This document shows, piece after piece, positions 1 through 8,993 of a stretch of 64,000 nt of DNA; positions within the stretch are counted from its first letter, which is position 1; each line of letters begins with the position of its first letter. The position numbers and the translations under genes were made by a program. The stretch covers positions 144,352 to 208,351 of the forward strand of contig NZ_BONY01000008.1 of the NCBI RefSeq assembly GCF_016862955.1. Reading direction: 5' to 3'. Under the pieces are notes generated by a model. The model was not told where the DNA came from and searched no databases. It saw nothing but the letters and a program-made list of their open reading frames with translations. This DNA comes from Rhizocola hellebori. Its GTDB lineage: Bacteria; Actinomycetota; Actinomycetes; Mycobacteriales; Micromonosporaceae.

Positions 1-1248
1 TTTCAGTACAGCTCGTCGGCTGACCCCGCTCTGGCCGCTCGTCATTGGACAGTCCGGACCGGTGGGGGCGGGCCGGGGATACCCGGCGCCTCCTGGCTGG
101 CATCCAACGTCACGTTCCCCGTCGTGGATGGACAGAAGGTCCTTCAGCTGTCCTCCTACACCGACGGCACCGGCGCCGGGACTGCCCAAACCGAGGTCTA
201 CCACCAGCGGAAGTTCTTCGAAGGCACCTATGCCAGTCGCGTCCGCTTCGCGGATACACCGATAGCCGGAAACGACGGCGACCGTATCGTGGAGACCTTC
301 TTCACGATCACCCCGTTGGCCTACTCGATGGATCCGAGCTACGGAGAAATCGACTTCGAGTATCTGGCGAACGGAGGATGGGGCGAGACAGGCTCTGCCT
401 TCTTCGAAACCACTTGGGAGACCTATCAGCCGGACCCGTGGGTCGCCGACAACGTTCATGCCGTCCAGCGGCGCAGCTACAACGGCTGGCACGATCTGGT
501 CGCTCAGGTCAGTGGCGGCCGAGTCAAATACTTCATCGATGGCACCCTTGTCGCCGATCACGGTGACAAGTTCTATCCCGAGACACCAATGTCTATCAAC
601 TACAACCTCTGGTTCATTGACAGCTCCGGCCATTCAGGCGGCCGAAGCACCTATATCCAGCAGGTGGACTGGCTCTATTTCGCCGGCAATGAGGTGATCT
701 CGGGTGACGTGGCCCGCAATCGGGTCAACGCCTACCGGGGCATTGGAACGTCGCATGTGGACACTGTCGGAACGGCCGGCACCTGTCCCGATCCGGGAGG
801 CGGCGGGCCGATCTCGCCCAGCACCTGGTACAGCGTCGTCAACAAGACCAGCGGCAAATGCGTCGACGCCCGCGCCGCGGGAACAGCCAACGGCACGGCG
901 ATCCAGCAGTACACGTGCAACAACACCTATGCCCAGCAGTACCAGTTCCAGCCCACCGGTGGCAGCAATGTGCGCATCAACAGCCGCAACAACTCCGCGC
1001 AGGTCCTCGATGTAAGCGGAGTGTCCACTGCGGACAATGCGGTGGTGCACCTTTGGGCATACGTGGGAGGTGGCAATCAGCAGTGGACGCCGGTGTCGGA
1101 GGGTAACGGCTATTACCACTTCGTCGCCGTACACAGTGGAAAATGCCTTGATGTGCCGGCCTCCTCTACCGCCGACAGTGTGCAGCTCGTGCAATACACG
1201 TGCAATGGCACCGGGGCTCAGTCGTTCCGGCTTGTCGCCCAGCCGTAG
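1..1248 (+). CDS. Secreted glycoside hydrolase-like (GH16/concanavalin-like) protein with two C-terminal ricin-B lectin repeats. 5' partial: frame 1 is open from nt 1 with no stop, so the gene begins upstream of the window.
   Basis: ORF 124..1248 plus open frame back to nt 1. N-terminal part has the EIDFEY / GWGETG beta-sandwich hydrolase-like pattern. C-terminus has two ricin-B QxW repeats (AIQQYTCNNTYAQQYQF, QQWTP, VQLVQYTCNGTGAQSFRL). Confidence 0.7.
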   Translation, partial: FQYSSSADPALAARHWTVRTGGGGPGIPGASWLASNVTFPVVDGQKVLQLSSYTDGTGAGTAQTEVYHQRKFFEGTYASRVRFADTPIAGNDGDRIVETFFTITPLAYSMDPSYGEIDFEYLANGGWGETGSAFFETTWETYQPDPWVADNVHAVQRRSYNGWHDLVAQVSGGRVKYFIDGTLVADHGDKFYPETPMSINYNLWFIDSSGHSGGRSTYIQQVDWLYFAGNEVISGDVARNRVNAYRGIGTSHVDTVGTAGTCPDPGGGGPISPSTWYSVVNKTSGKCVDARAAGTANGTAIQQYTCNNTYAQQYQFQPTGGSNVRINSRNNSAQVLDVSGVSTADNAVVHLWAYVGGGNQQWTPVSEGNGYYHFVAVHSGKCLDVPASSTADSVQLVQYTCNGTGAQSFRLVAQP

Positions 1249-1261
1249 CAGACTTCGGCCG

Positions 1262-1299
1262 CCCGCAGTCACACCGGCCGCCGACGGCGTGACTGCGGC
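1262..1299. terminator. GC-rich hairpin (CCGCAGTCAC...GTGACTGCGG) between two convergent genes. A possible bidirectional terminator, but it lacks a U-tract.
   Basis: Inverted repeat read directly, lying between the 1248 stop (+) and the 1301 stop (-). Confidence 0.3.
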
Positions 1300-1300
1300 A

Positions 1301-2176
1301 CTACCGCAAAAAGGCTTGGGCGTTGCGCCGGGCGAACTCGAGGAAACTTGTGGGCTCCACGCCGAATGCCCGGTGGGTCTGTAGCCACACGTGGGACTCG
1401 GGGCGGCGGCTGCGCTCAGCGAATATCTCGTTCAGGGTCTGGATAGCGGGCTCTGGCATTCCCTTGGCCCGCAACTCCTGCAGCTTCTCCTCCAGAGATA
1501 TTTCTGTGTACCGGAACGCGATCCCGGTGGCTTCGGAGATCTGCTCGACAATCTCCTTCATCGACAACGCTTCTGGCCCGGTCATGTCGTAAGCCTTGCC
1601 CTCGTGGCCGTCGGAACGCATCAGCGCGACAGCGACCTTGGCGACGTCTTCGATGTCGACGGGCGACAGCCGGCTGTCGCCGATCGGCATGCGCAGCTCC
1701 CGCTGGCCCGCTTCCACGCCGGCGAGGGTGCCCGGCAGGTAGAACTGCATGAACTGGCTCGGGCGCAGGTGGGTCCAGGCCAGCCCGGATGTTTCGAGGT
1801 ATCGCTCGATCTCCAGGTGCTCGCGGGTCCCCCGGAACTTGTCGGGGTCGAAATCGACGCCGGACTCCTTGCCCGAGTACTTCACGATGTGTGGCACGCC
1901 CGCGGCCTTCGCGGCGTCGATGAACCCGCATTGTGTCTGCACCATCCGCTCCCGGGCGGACGAAATCATGAGCACCCGCTCCACATCGCGGAAAGCCGCC
2001 GTAAGCGATTCCGGCTGCAGCATGTCGCCCTGCACCAGCTCGACATCAGACAGCCCGTGGAACTGCTGGGCCTTGTCGGGGTTCCTGAACAACGCTCGGA
2101 CAGACATGTTCTGCTGGGCGAACTCGCGGATGATCATTGATCCGCTGAGGCCCGTTGCTCCGGTCACTAGAATCAT
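1301..2176 (-). CDS. NmrA-family NAD(P)H-binding protein (atypical SDR)
   Basis: N-terminal MILVTGATGLSGSMII Rossmann motif; 291 aa; divergent from an HxlR regulator, the classic HxlR-NmrA pairing. Confidence 0.85.
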   Translation of the reverse strand: MILVTGATGLSGSMIIREFAQQNMSVRALFRNPDKAQQFHGLSDVELVQGDMLQPESLTAAFRDVERVLMISSARERMVQTQCGFIDAAKAAGVPHIVKYSGKESGVDFDPDKFRGTREHLEIERYLETSGLAWTHLRPSQFMQFYLPGTLAGVEAGQRELRMPIGDSRLSPVDIEDVAKVAVALMRSDGHEGKAYDMTGPEALSMKEIVEQISEATGIAFRYTEISLEEKLQELRAKGMPEPAIQTLNEIFAERSRRPESHVWLQTHRAFGVEPTSFLEFARRNAQAFLR

Positions 2177-2243
2177 GACTGCAACCTTAGTAGCGTTTAC
2201 TACATAAAAACAAGTAACTCATCTGGACTATGTAGGATGAGGT
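2177..2243. promoter_or_regulatory. AT-rich divergent promoter region between NmrA and HxlR, with inverted repeat TAGTA-N5-TACTA (2188-2202). Likely the HxlR operator.
   Basis: A local AT-rich stretch in a 68 percent GC background; the IR was read directly. Confidence 0.3.
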
Positions 2244-2885
2244 ATGACCACCGTCCGTTCCTACGGCGACCCGTGCGCCGCCGCGCGTGCCCTCGACGTG
2301 ATCGGCGAACGCTGGGCGTTGATGATCGTCCGGGAGCTCCTCTTCGGCCCCAAGCGATACAGCGACCTGCAAGCCGGGCTGCCCAACGCCAGTCCCACCG
2401 TGCTGTCGCAACGACTGCGCGATCTGGAGGAAGGCGAGGTGATCCTGCGGCGCAAGCTGGGCCCGCCGACCCGGGCCTGGGTCTACGAACTCACCGAGTG
2501 GGGCCACCAGCTCGAGCCGATCCTCGTGCACCTTGGCCGCTGGGGCAGCCGCTCCCCCGCCAAGCCGGCCACGAAGACCCTGAGCACTGACTCCTTGATG
2601 CTCGCCATGAAGAGCCATCTCGAACCCGCTCGGATGGAAGGCCTCGATGCCACCTTCATGATCGACCTCGGTGAGGACCTCTTCACCGTCCGCGTCATGG
2701 ACGGCGAGCTCACCATCCAGCGGGGCGAACCGACGCGATGGGACGCGGCCATCCGGACCGATACCGCCACCTTCCAAGCCCTGGTGATCGGGGGACGCTC
2801 CACCAGCGAGCTCGGCGCTCGGCTGGAGACCACCGGCGATCGCAAAGCCCTCCGGCGGATGTTGGACGCCCTGGTCGCGTCGTAA
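2244..2885 (+). CDS. HxlR-family winged-helix transcriptional regulator with a C-terminal SCP2-like extension
   Basis: CAAARALDVIGERWALMIVRELLFGPKRYSDL is the HxlR signature; 213 aa, longer than the HxlR core. Confidence 0.85.
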   Translation: MTTVRSYGDPCAAARALDVIGERWALMIVRELLFGPKRYSDLQAGLPNASPTVLSQRLRDLEEGEVILRRKLGPPTRAWVYELTEWGHQLEPILVHLGRWGSRSPAKPATKTLSTDSLMLAMKSHLEPARMEGLDATFMIDLGEDLFTVRVMDGELTIQRGEPTRWDAAIRTDTATFQALVIGGRSTSELGARLETTGDRKALRRMLDALVAS

Positions 2886-2897
2886 CGATGGACTGTC

Positions 2898-3554
2898 CTA
2901 TGTGGCCGGTCGAACGAGTCCGTTCTCGTACCCGAAGATGACCGCTTGGATCCGGTCTCGTAAGCCGAGTTTCATAAGGATCCGCTTGACATGGGTTCTG
3001 GTTGTCGACTCTTCCACCACCAGCGCCGAGGCGATCTCGCGATTGGACAGTCCGCGGCAGATCAGCTCGAGGACCTGGCGTTCCCGTGCGGTCAGCTGCG
3101 CGAGCGTGGCGTTGGCGGTGTATTCGGGTGTCGGCTGCTGGGCCATCCGGGCGATGACCCGGCGCGTGACCGAGGGTGAAAGCAGGCAGTCGCCGGTGGC
3201 GATGGTGTGCACGGCGGCGATGAGTTCTTCCGGGCGTGTGCGCTTGAGCAGGAACCCCGAGGCGCCGGCGCGCAGCGCGCCGAAGATGTAGTCGTCTTGC
3301 TCAAACGTCGTCAGCACAAGGACTTTGACCTCGGGCAGGGTCTGCGCCAGCAGCCGTGTGGCGCTTATACCGTCCAGGTCCGGCATCCGCACATCCATGA
3401 GGATCACTTCAGGGTTCAGGGCGCGCGCCAGCTCGACAGCTTCGCGCCCGGTCCCGGCCTGGCCGAGGATCTCGATACCGCGGTCGTAGGAGAGCAGCTC
3501 GGCCAGACCGGCCCGCATCAGGTGGTCGTCGTCCGCGATCAGCACCCGGGTCAT
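2898..3554 (-). CDS. NarL/LuxR-family response regulator (REC receiver + C-terminal LuxR HTH)
   Basis: MTRVLIADDDHLMRAGL...ILMDVRMPDLDG is the receiver domain; ARERQVLELICRGLSNREIA is the LuxR HTH. It is the 218-aa C-terminal part of the 629-aa track ORF; the rest of that ORF is out-of-frame read-through of the kinase gene. ATGA overlap with the upstream kinase. Confidence 0.9.
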   Translation of the reverse strand: MTRVLIADDDHLMRAGLAELLSYDRGIEILGQAGTGREAVELARALNPEVILMDVRMPDLDGISATRLLAQTLPEVKVLVLTTFEQDDYIFGALRAGASGFLLKRTRPEELIAAVHTIATGDCLLSPSVTRRVIARMAQQPTPEYTANATLAQLTARERQVLELICRGLSNREIASALVVEESTTRTHVKRILMKLGLRDRIQAVIFGYENGLVRPAT

Positions 3555-4750
3555 GAGCGTTGCCCGCCGATCGGGATGCGCGCGTGGACGCGAAACGTCC
3601 CATGCTCTGTGCCCGTGTGCAGGGTGCCCCCGAGCAGGGTGACGCGTTCTCGCATCCCCACCAGGCCATGACCACCGCCGGAGCGCGGCTCCTGCTGAGC
3701 CGGCACGGGATTGGTGATCGTCAGATCGGCCGAGCGGTCGTCGAAGCTGAGCGCTATTGCGGCGCTGCCTTGACCGTGGCGGGCCGCATTGGTGAGCGCT
3801 TCCTGCAGGATGCGGTACACCGTCTGATCTGCCGGGCTTCCATAATCGGGCGGCCGGCCGGAGACATCGAGGGTGACCACCAGACCGGCTGCGGAGTGCT
3901 GGCCAATCAAGGTGGGCAGGAAGGCCAGCCCGGCCGGAATCTCGACACTGCCGGTGGCGGGTGTTTCCCGCAGACCGCCGACAATGTGGTCGATCTGCTC
4001 GGCGGTCTGCCGGGCAAGCTGTTCGATGGCCTCGATCGCCGCCAGCGAACGCTGGGGGCTGTGCTGATGGTGCAGCCGGGCCGCTCCGGCCCGCACGGCG
4101 ATGACATTGATGGCGTGGCCCGCCGAGTCGTGCAGATCGCGCGCGATGCGGGCGCGCTCCTGGGCGACGGCGAGCTGGCGTTCCCGTTCGGAGTCCCGCT
4201 CGGCGCGCAGCGCGCGGGCCTGAAGCTCGGCGATCTGCTCGCGGCGCAGGCGGGTGCGTTCCCCCGCGAACCAGGCACCCGACCAGGCCAACCCGGTGTG
4301 CAACAGCTCCACGCCCGGAAAGCCTTGCCGCCCAAGCCCAGCCGCGCCCAGATAGGCGACGAACAACACGGCGACGATGACCGTGGTGCGGCCGGTCCAC
4401 GGCGCCGGTCGCTCCCGGGAGGCCGCCAACAGGTAGAGCGCGATCGTGGGACCGAGGATCACATCGGCCGGATAACCCAAACCGGCCAGCAGGATGCCCG
4501 CTGCCGTGGTGGCGGCCATCACGCTCAAAGCGTGCCGCCGCCAGGCAATCAGCGGCAGCGTGGAGCAGGCGGCCAGCGTCACCGCCGAGAGGTCGAGCTG
4601 GCCCGACCACGCGTCGGCGGCGACGATGCCCCCGTGGCGCAGCAGGGCGAGGGTCACCGCCAGCGCTACCGCGGCGACCACGGCGTCCACGAACAGCCTG
4701 AGCCGCAGCGGCACGGACGCAGGCCGCTGGACAGTGGCGAAAACAGACAT
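3551..4750 (-). CDS. Membrane sensor histidine kinase (HisKA_3 / NarL-partner type, 4-5 TM N-terminus, no large extracytoplasmic domain)
   Basis: ARDLHDSAGHAINVIAVRAGAARL is the H-box; the C-terminal HATPase_c pattern is present. Start taken at MSVFATVQRP; the ORF continues upstream to 5020, so the start is uncertain. Confidence 0.85.
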   Translation of the reverse strand: MSVFATVQRPASVPLRLRLFVDAVVAAVALAVTLALLRHGGIVAADAWSGQLDLSAVTLAACSTLPLIAWRRHALSVMAATTAAGILLAGLGYPADVILGPTIALYLLAASRERPAPWTGRTTVIVAVLFVAYLGAAGLGRQGFPGVELLHTGLAWSGAWFAGERTRLRREQIAELQARALRAERDSERERQLAVAQERARIARDLHDSAGHAINVIAVRAGAARLHHQHSPQRSLAAIEAIEQLARQTAEQIDHIVGGLRETPATGSVEIPAGLAFLPTLIGQHSAAGLVVTLDVSGRPPDYGSPADQTVYRILQEALTNAARHGQGSAAIALSFDDRSADLTITNPVPAQQEPRSGGGHGLVGMRERVTLLGGTLHTGTEHGTFRVHARIPIGGQRS

Positions 4751-4876
4751 GACCCCGTTGAGGGTACCGGCCGATGACCTGCGCCAAGTCGCCCCGTCGG
4801 ATGACCCGCGTGGACTAAATGGGGACGGCGAAGTTCCCCTCGCGGCGCGATTCGCCACCCGCCATCCCTTCATAGG

Positions 4877-5065
4877 TTGGCGGACATGGACACGGAACAA
4901 GAATCGGCCGGCGGAATTCGGCGCTGGATCAAGATTGCGGTGATCGTGGTGGCCGTGGCCGTCCTGATCACCTTCGTCGTGATGATCGTCCTCGGTGATG
5001 ACCACGGCCCGGCCCGCCACTTCTCCGCCGGACCGGCCAACATTGCCGCGGAGAGCGAACTCTGA
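4877..5065 (+). CDS. Small single-pass membrane protein (62 aa), first gene of the ABC operon
   Basis: RRWIKIAVIVVAVAVLITFVVMIVLG is a TM helix; the stop overlaps the ATPase start as TGATG (translational coupling). Confidence 0.5.
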   Translation: MADMDTEQESAGGIRRWIKIAVIVVAVAVLITFVVMIVLGDDHGPARHFSAGPANIAAESEL

Positions 5066-5781
5066 TGCGGTACACGATAGAAATCGACGATGTTGTCAAG
5101 GCATATCCGTTGGGACAAGGCCGATTCATCGCTGTCGACCACCTCAGCTTGACGGTGGGCGCTGGTGATTTCGTGGCGGTGGTGGGGCGTTCGGGCAGCG
5201 GCAAGACGACGCTGCTCAATCTGCTGGCCGGTATAGACCGGCCCACCTCAGGAACAGTCCGGGTAGCGGACGCCGATCTCGGCGCGCTGTCCGAGTCGGG
5301 CCTGGCCGGCTGGCGGGGCCGCAACATCGGGCTGGTGTTCCAGTTCTTCCAGCTGCTGCCGACGCTGACGGTGGCCGAAAATGTGATGCTGCCCATGGAC
5401 TTCGCCAAGACCATCCCGGCCGGGCGGCGTCGTGAGCGGGCACTCCAGCTGCTGGACCGCGTCGGCGTGGCCGATCAGGCCGACAAGCTTCCCGCCACCC
5501 TGTCCGGTGGTCAGCAGCAACGCGCCGCAATCGCTCGCGCATTGGCCAACGACCCGCCGGTGCTGCTTGCCGATGAACCGACCGGAAACCTCGACTCCGC
5601 AACCGCCGCCGCGGTGCTCGAGCTGTTCGCCAGCCTCAACAAGGAGGGCAGAACCATCGTCGTGGTCACCCACGAGCGCGAAGTCAGAGCCGTCGCGGGC
5701 CGTGAAGTGATGCTGCAAGACGGCCGAATTGTCACCAGCGACACGGCAGGCGAATCCCCACGGCAGGGGACCAAAGCATGA
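5065..5781 (+). CDS. ABC transporter ATP-binding protein (MacB/LolD/FtsE-like)
   Basis: Walker A GRSGSGKTT, signature LSGGQQQR, Walker B VLLADEPTGNLD. Confidence 0.9.
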   Translation: MRYTIEIDDVVKAYPLGQGRFIAVDHLSLTVGAGDFVAVVGRSGSGKTTLLNLLAGIDRPTSGTVRVADADLGALSESGLAGWRGRNIGLVFQFFQLLPTLTVAENVMLPMDFAKTIPAGRRRERALQLLDRVGVADQADKLPATLSGGQQQRAAIARALANDPPVLLADEPTGNLDSATAAAVLELFASLNKEGRTIVVVTHEREVRAVAGREVMLQDGRIVTSDTAGESPRQGTKA

Positions 5782-8234
5782 CTGCGCTGATGAGAATCAA
5801 GCTGCGCCGTGACATCCGGGCGGTGTGGCCACGGCTGGCGCTGATGGCGGCGGCCATCGCGGTGAGCCTGACCACTTTCGCGGCGGTGCTTTTCGCTTGG
5901 GCGGCCAGCGGCCGGGAGACCGGCGCCGCTTACGCGAGCACCGAGCCCGCGTCGGCGACCATCCTGCTGGACAAGCCCATTGCCGCCGGGCAGATGGCCC
6001 AGATCGCCCGCTCGGCGCTGACCAGACCGGGCGTGATACAGGCGGCCGGACGTACCCAGCTGCACAGCGCGCTGGAGGTCAACGGTCAGCCACGCGACCT
6101 GCCCATCCAGGTCTTCGTCGCTCCGGCGGACGACCCGATGCTGATGGCCAAGATGTTCCCGGCCCGACGCAGCTGGCCGCCGGCGCCGGGCGAGCTCTTC
6201 CTGGGCCGAGATTCGCTTGCGCTGCTTGACATCACGTTGGGCGATACGGTGACCATCACCGTGCCCGGTGGCGCAAAGGTGAGCCTGCGGGTCGCCGACA
6301 CCGTCTATGACCCAAGCCTGTCCCCCTCCCCCCAGGAACAGACCGCCCGCGCCTATATGTCCGCCGCGTCGCTGACCCCTGCGGGCGAAGAGCCCCAGCT
6401 GGACCAGCTCAAGATCCAGCTGGCTGAGCCAGGGCAGATAACGCCCAGCCGCGACCGCGACTATCTGGTGGCCGCCGCTGGTGAGGTCGGCCGGTGGCTG
6501 CAGAGCGACTACGGTTTGGCTGTTCGTGAGGTGCAGGTTCCTCGCCCGTACACCCATCCACATCAATGGCAGGCCGATGCGCTGCTCGCTTCGCTGCTGG
6601 CCGGGGCTGCGGCATCCTTGCTGCTGTCGGCGATCCTGGTCGCGAACATGCTCAACAACCTGTTCACCCAGCAGATCCCGCAGATCGGCATCATGAAAGC
6701 CGTCGGCGCCCGCCCCCGCCACATCGGCGGTCTCTACCTGACGATGACGCTGCTGGTTGCCGCTACGGCCACTCTGCTCGCTTTCGGTCCGGCGATCCTG
6801 CTCGGCCGGCTCGCCGTCGACACCTTCCTCGGCTTCCTGGGCATCACCCCGGCGAGCCTCGCACCTCCAAGCTGGACGGTTCTTGTCGTGCTGGCCGCAG
6901 GTTTGCTTCTGCCACCGCATTTGGCTCTGGTCCCGTTGTTCAAGGTGAGCCGGATCACCGTGCGTGCCGCGATCGACCACCACGGCGGCGGCTCCAGGCC
7001 AAGCAGGGCAACGGCTTTGCTGGCCCGGCTCAGCCGCTTTGGCGCTGTCGACCGGGGCCTGCTGATGGCGCTGCGCAACACGATCCGCCGTCCAGCCCGG
7101 TTCTGGCTGTCGGCAGGTCTGCTCGCCACCGCCGGAATGGTGTTCGTCGCCGGAATGTCGCTGAGTACCAGTACCCAAGCCATCTCTGAGGAACAGGAGC
7201 GGCAGCGCACCTGGGATCTCGACGTTCAATTGTCCGGCCAGTTCTCGATGCGGCAGATCGAAACCGCCGCGCAGCAGGTGTCCGGAGTGAACACCGTCGA
7301 GGGCTATCAGGTGGTACCGGCCGGGCTCGCCGGTCCGGGAAAGATCCCGATCACCCGCACCTACCCCGACCAGGGGCACGGCCGGATCGCTGTCACCGCC
7401 ATACCGGCCGATGCCATCACCTTCCCGCGGCCCAGGATGCTCGAAGGCCGCTGGCTCAACCCCGGCGAGACCGGCGCGCTGGTGCTCAACCAGATCACCC
7501 GCGCCAGCACCGCACCCGGCGTACAAGCAGGCGACACCGTGCAGCTCATCATCGGCGGTCAAGCCACGACCTGGCGCGTGGTCGGCATCGCGGAGGAACG
7601 TATGGGCGGAGCCGGTGGCGTCTATGCCACCGCCGAAGGGCTGGCTGTCGCCACCGGACAGCCGACGCAGGTCAATCAGCTCCGCATCGTCACCACGAAC
7701 CACGATGAGACGGCGCGCCGCACCGCCGCCGACGCGGTCGGCACCGCGCTCACCGCGGCAGGGGTCGGCGTCGCCTCCTCCAAGTCGGTCAGCCGCCGCC
7801 AGGACATCTCCGAAGGCCACCTCGGCCCGGTCATCCTCATCCTGCTCGGCATCGCTCTGCCCCTCGGCGTGGTCGGCGTCATCGGTCTGGCCTCCACCAT
7901 GAGCGCCAACGTTCTCGACCGCATCCGCGAGTTCGGAGTGATGCACGCCATCGGCGCCCGCCCGAAAGCGGTGCGCCGCATCGTCGTGGCCGAAGGTGTT
8001 TTCCTTGCCATAATCAGCTGTCTGCTCGCCATCGGCCCGGCCCTCGCGCTTACCTCAATCCTCGGCGCCGGCCTGGGCAACCTGTTCTTCGCCGCGCCAC
8101 TGCCCTACCGGGTGTCCCTACCGGCCGCGGCCATCTGGCTGGGCCTGGCGGTGCTCGGCACCATGCTGGCCACCGAGGCCGCCGCGGCACGCGCCGCGCG
8201 CCTGACCGTCCGCGAAGCCCTCACCTATCTCTAG
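5778..8234 (+). CDS. Fused double-FtsX ABC transporter permease (MacB-type, 818 aa, two large extracytoplasmic domains)
   Basis: Two repeats of N-terminal TM + about 240-aa loop + 3 TM (FtsX-like); overlaps the ATPase by 4 nt. Confidence 0.9.
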   Translation: MTALMRIKLRRDIRAVWPRLALMAAAIAVSLTTFAAVLFAWAASGRETGAAYASTEPASATILLDKPIAAGQMAQIARSALTRPGVIQAAGRTQLHSALEVNGQPRDLPIQVFVAPADDPMLMAKMFPARRSWPPAPGELFLGRDSLALLDITLGDTVTITVPGGAKVSLRVADTVYDPSLSPSPQEQTARAYMSAASLTPAGEEPQLDQLKIQLAEPGQITPSRDRDYLVAAAGEVGRWLQSDYGLAVREVQVPRPYTHPHQWQADALLASLLAGAAASLLLSAILVANMLNNLFTQQIPQIGIMKAVGARPRHIGGLYLTMTLLVAATATLLAFGPAILLGRLAVDTFLGFLGITPASLAPPSWTVLVVLAAGLLLPPHLALVPLFKVSRITVRAAIDHHGGGSRPSRATALLARLSRFGAVDRGLLMALRNTIRRPARFWLSAGLLATAGMVFVAGMSLSTSTQAISEEQERQRTWDLDVQLSGQFSMRQIETAAQQVSGVNTVEGYQVVPAGLAGPGKIPITRTYPDQGHGRIAVTAIPADAITFPRPRMLEGRWLNPGETGALVLNQITRASTAPGVQAGDTVQLIIGGQATTWRVVGIAEERMGGAGGVYATAEGLAVATGQPTQVNQLRIVTTNHDETARRTAADAVGTALTAAGVGVASSKSVSRRQDISEGHLGPVILILLGIALPLGVVGVIGLASTMSANVLDRIREFGVMHAIGARPKAVRRIVVAEGVFLAIISCLLAIGPALALTSILGAGLGNLFFAAPLPYRVSLPAAAIWLGLAVLGTMLATEAAAARAARLTVREALTYL

Positions 8235-8271
8235 CCGCAAAACCTTTATGGATCTGCGGATGTTCGACCGA

Positions 8272-8298
8272 CCAACGCCGGGCCGGGCCCGGCGTTGG
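8272..8298 (+). terminator. Perfect 13-bp stem hairpin (CCAACGCCGGGCC g GGCCCGGCGTTGG) 38 nt after the permease stop. An I-shaped terminator without a U-tract.
   Basis: Palindrome read directly. Confidence 0.45.
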
Positions 8299-8359
8299 TC
8301 CGCGGAATCTGACCGGCTCGGATGCCTGGTGGCCGTGGATAAACCGCTACTATTCGGCC

Positions 8360-8812
8360 ATGCCGACCGAGTGGGTGCTTTTGTCGTACCGGCTGCCGCG
8401 CGAGCCGTCCACGCCGCGGATCGCGACCTGGCGAAAGCTCAAGCGGCTCGGTGTGGCGCAAATCAACGACGGCCTGGTCGCCTTGCCCGACGACGCACGC
8501 ACCCGGGAACAGCTGGAGTGGCTGGCGGGCGAGATCGCAGAGGCGGGCGGGGTCGCCGCCACCTGGCTGGCCCGGCCCAGCGTGATCCAGGTAGGACGGG
8601 ATCTGGTCGCCGAGCTGACCCAGGCGCGCATCGACGAATACGCGGAGGTCATCGAGGAGGCTCGATCAGCTGGTGACCTGGACGACTCGGCCCGCCGGGC
8701 GGTCAAGCGGCGGCTGCTCGACAGGCTGCATCGCATCGGAAGGCGCGACTATTTCCCGACACCTGAGCGGAAGGAAGCACACGAGTTGGTTGCTGCCATA
8801 GTAAGCACATGA
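8360..8812 (+). CDS. chrB: ChrB N-terminal-domain protein (chromate-resistance regulator family)
   Basis: WVLLSYRLPREPSTPRIATWRKLKRLGVAQINDGLVALP matches my recollection of the ChrB N-domain pattern (LP.EPS..R...WR.LK..GA...DG...LP). Confidence 0.55.
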   Translation: MPTEWVLLSYRLPREPSTPRIATWRKLKRLGVAQINDGLVALPDDARTREQLEWLAGEIAEAGGVAATWLARPSVIQVGRDLVAELTQARIDEYAEVIEEARSAGDLDDSARRAVKRRLLDRLHRIGRRDYFPTPERKEAHELVAAIVST

Positions 8813-8990
8813 AGTGGGCGACCCGTGAACATATTCACATTGATCGCTGCGCCTGTGCCTGGCTGATCCGCGCGCCCATGAGCTGGGGCACGAGCCCGCC
8901 TAGTGGCCTGCGGGGCCGGGCAGCCATCCCGATGTCGCGCAGATCCAAACTATGCTTGAAGACCTCGTCCGCCGGCGGTCGGAAGAATAG
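8809..8990 (+). pseudogene. Decayed remnant of the ChrB C-terminal domain. The conserved start KWATREHIHIDRCACAWLI is followed by out-of-family sequence, and it is truncated by the downstream convergent gene.
   Basis: KW(V/A)TRE-x-HIDR-x-AC-x-WLI matches the ChrB C-domain N-terminus; the expected RFIDP continuation is absent in all frames; ATGA overlap with the N-domain ORF. Confidence 0.4.
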
Positions 8991-8993
8991 ATG

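Noticed and set aside
2898-4787. 629-aa track ORF spanning the response regulator and most of the kinase gene
   Set aside because: Only the C-terminal 218 aa look like a protein (REC + LuxR HTH). The N-terminal 410 aa are Arg/Pro/Gly-rich read-through in the wrong frame of the kinase gene, typical of GC-rich shadow ORFs.
4858-4868. 11-mer CCTTCATAGGT shared between the ABC-operon leader (4858) and the PadR1 leader (12866)
   Set aside because: A single shared word with no common architecture around it. At 12866 the CAT is the PadR1 start codon on the other strand, at 4858 it is not. Probably chance.
5511-7946. 811-aa antisense ORF inside the FtsX permease gene (and similar long antisense ORFs at 634-1272, 9937-10956, 17020-18195, 19648-20754, 21610-22677, 23661-24503, 37423-38157, 57304-58620)
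   Set aside because: Low-complexity Arg/Gly/Pro/Asp-rich translations opposite well-supported genes. This is the GC3-skew artefact of high-GC genomes.
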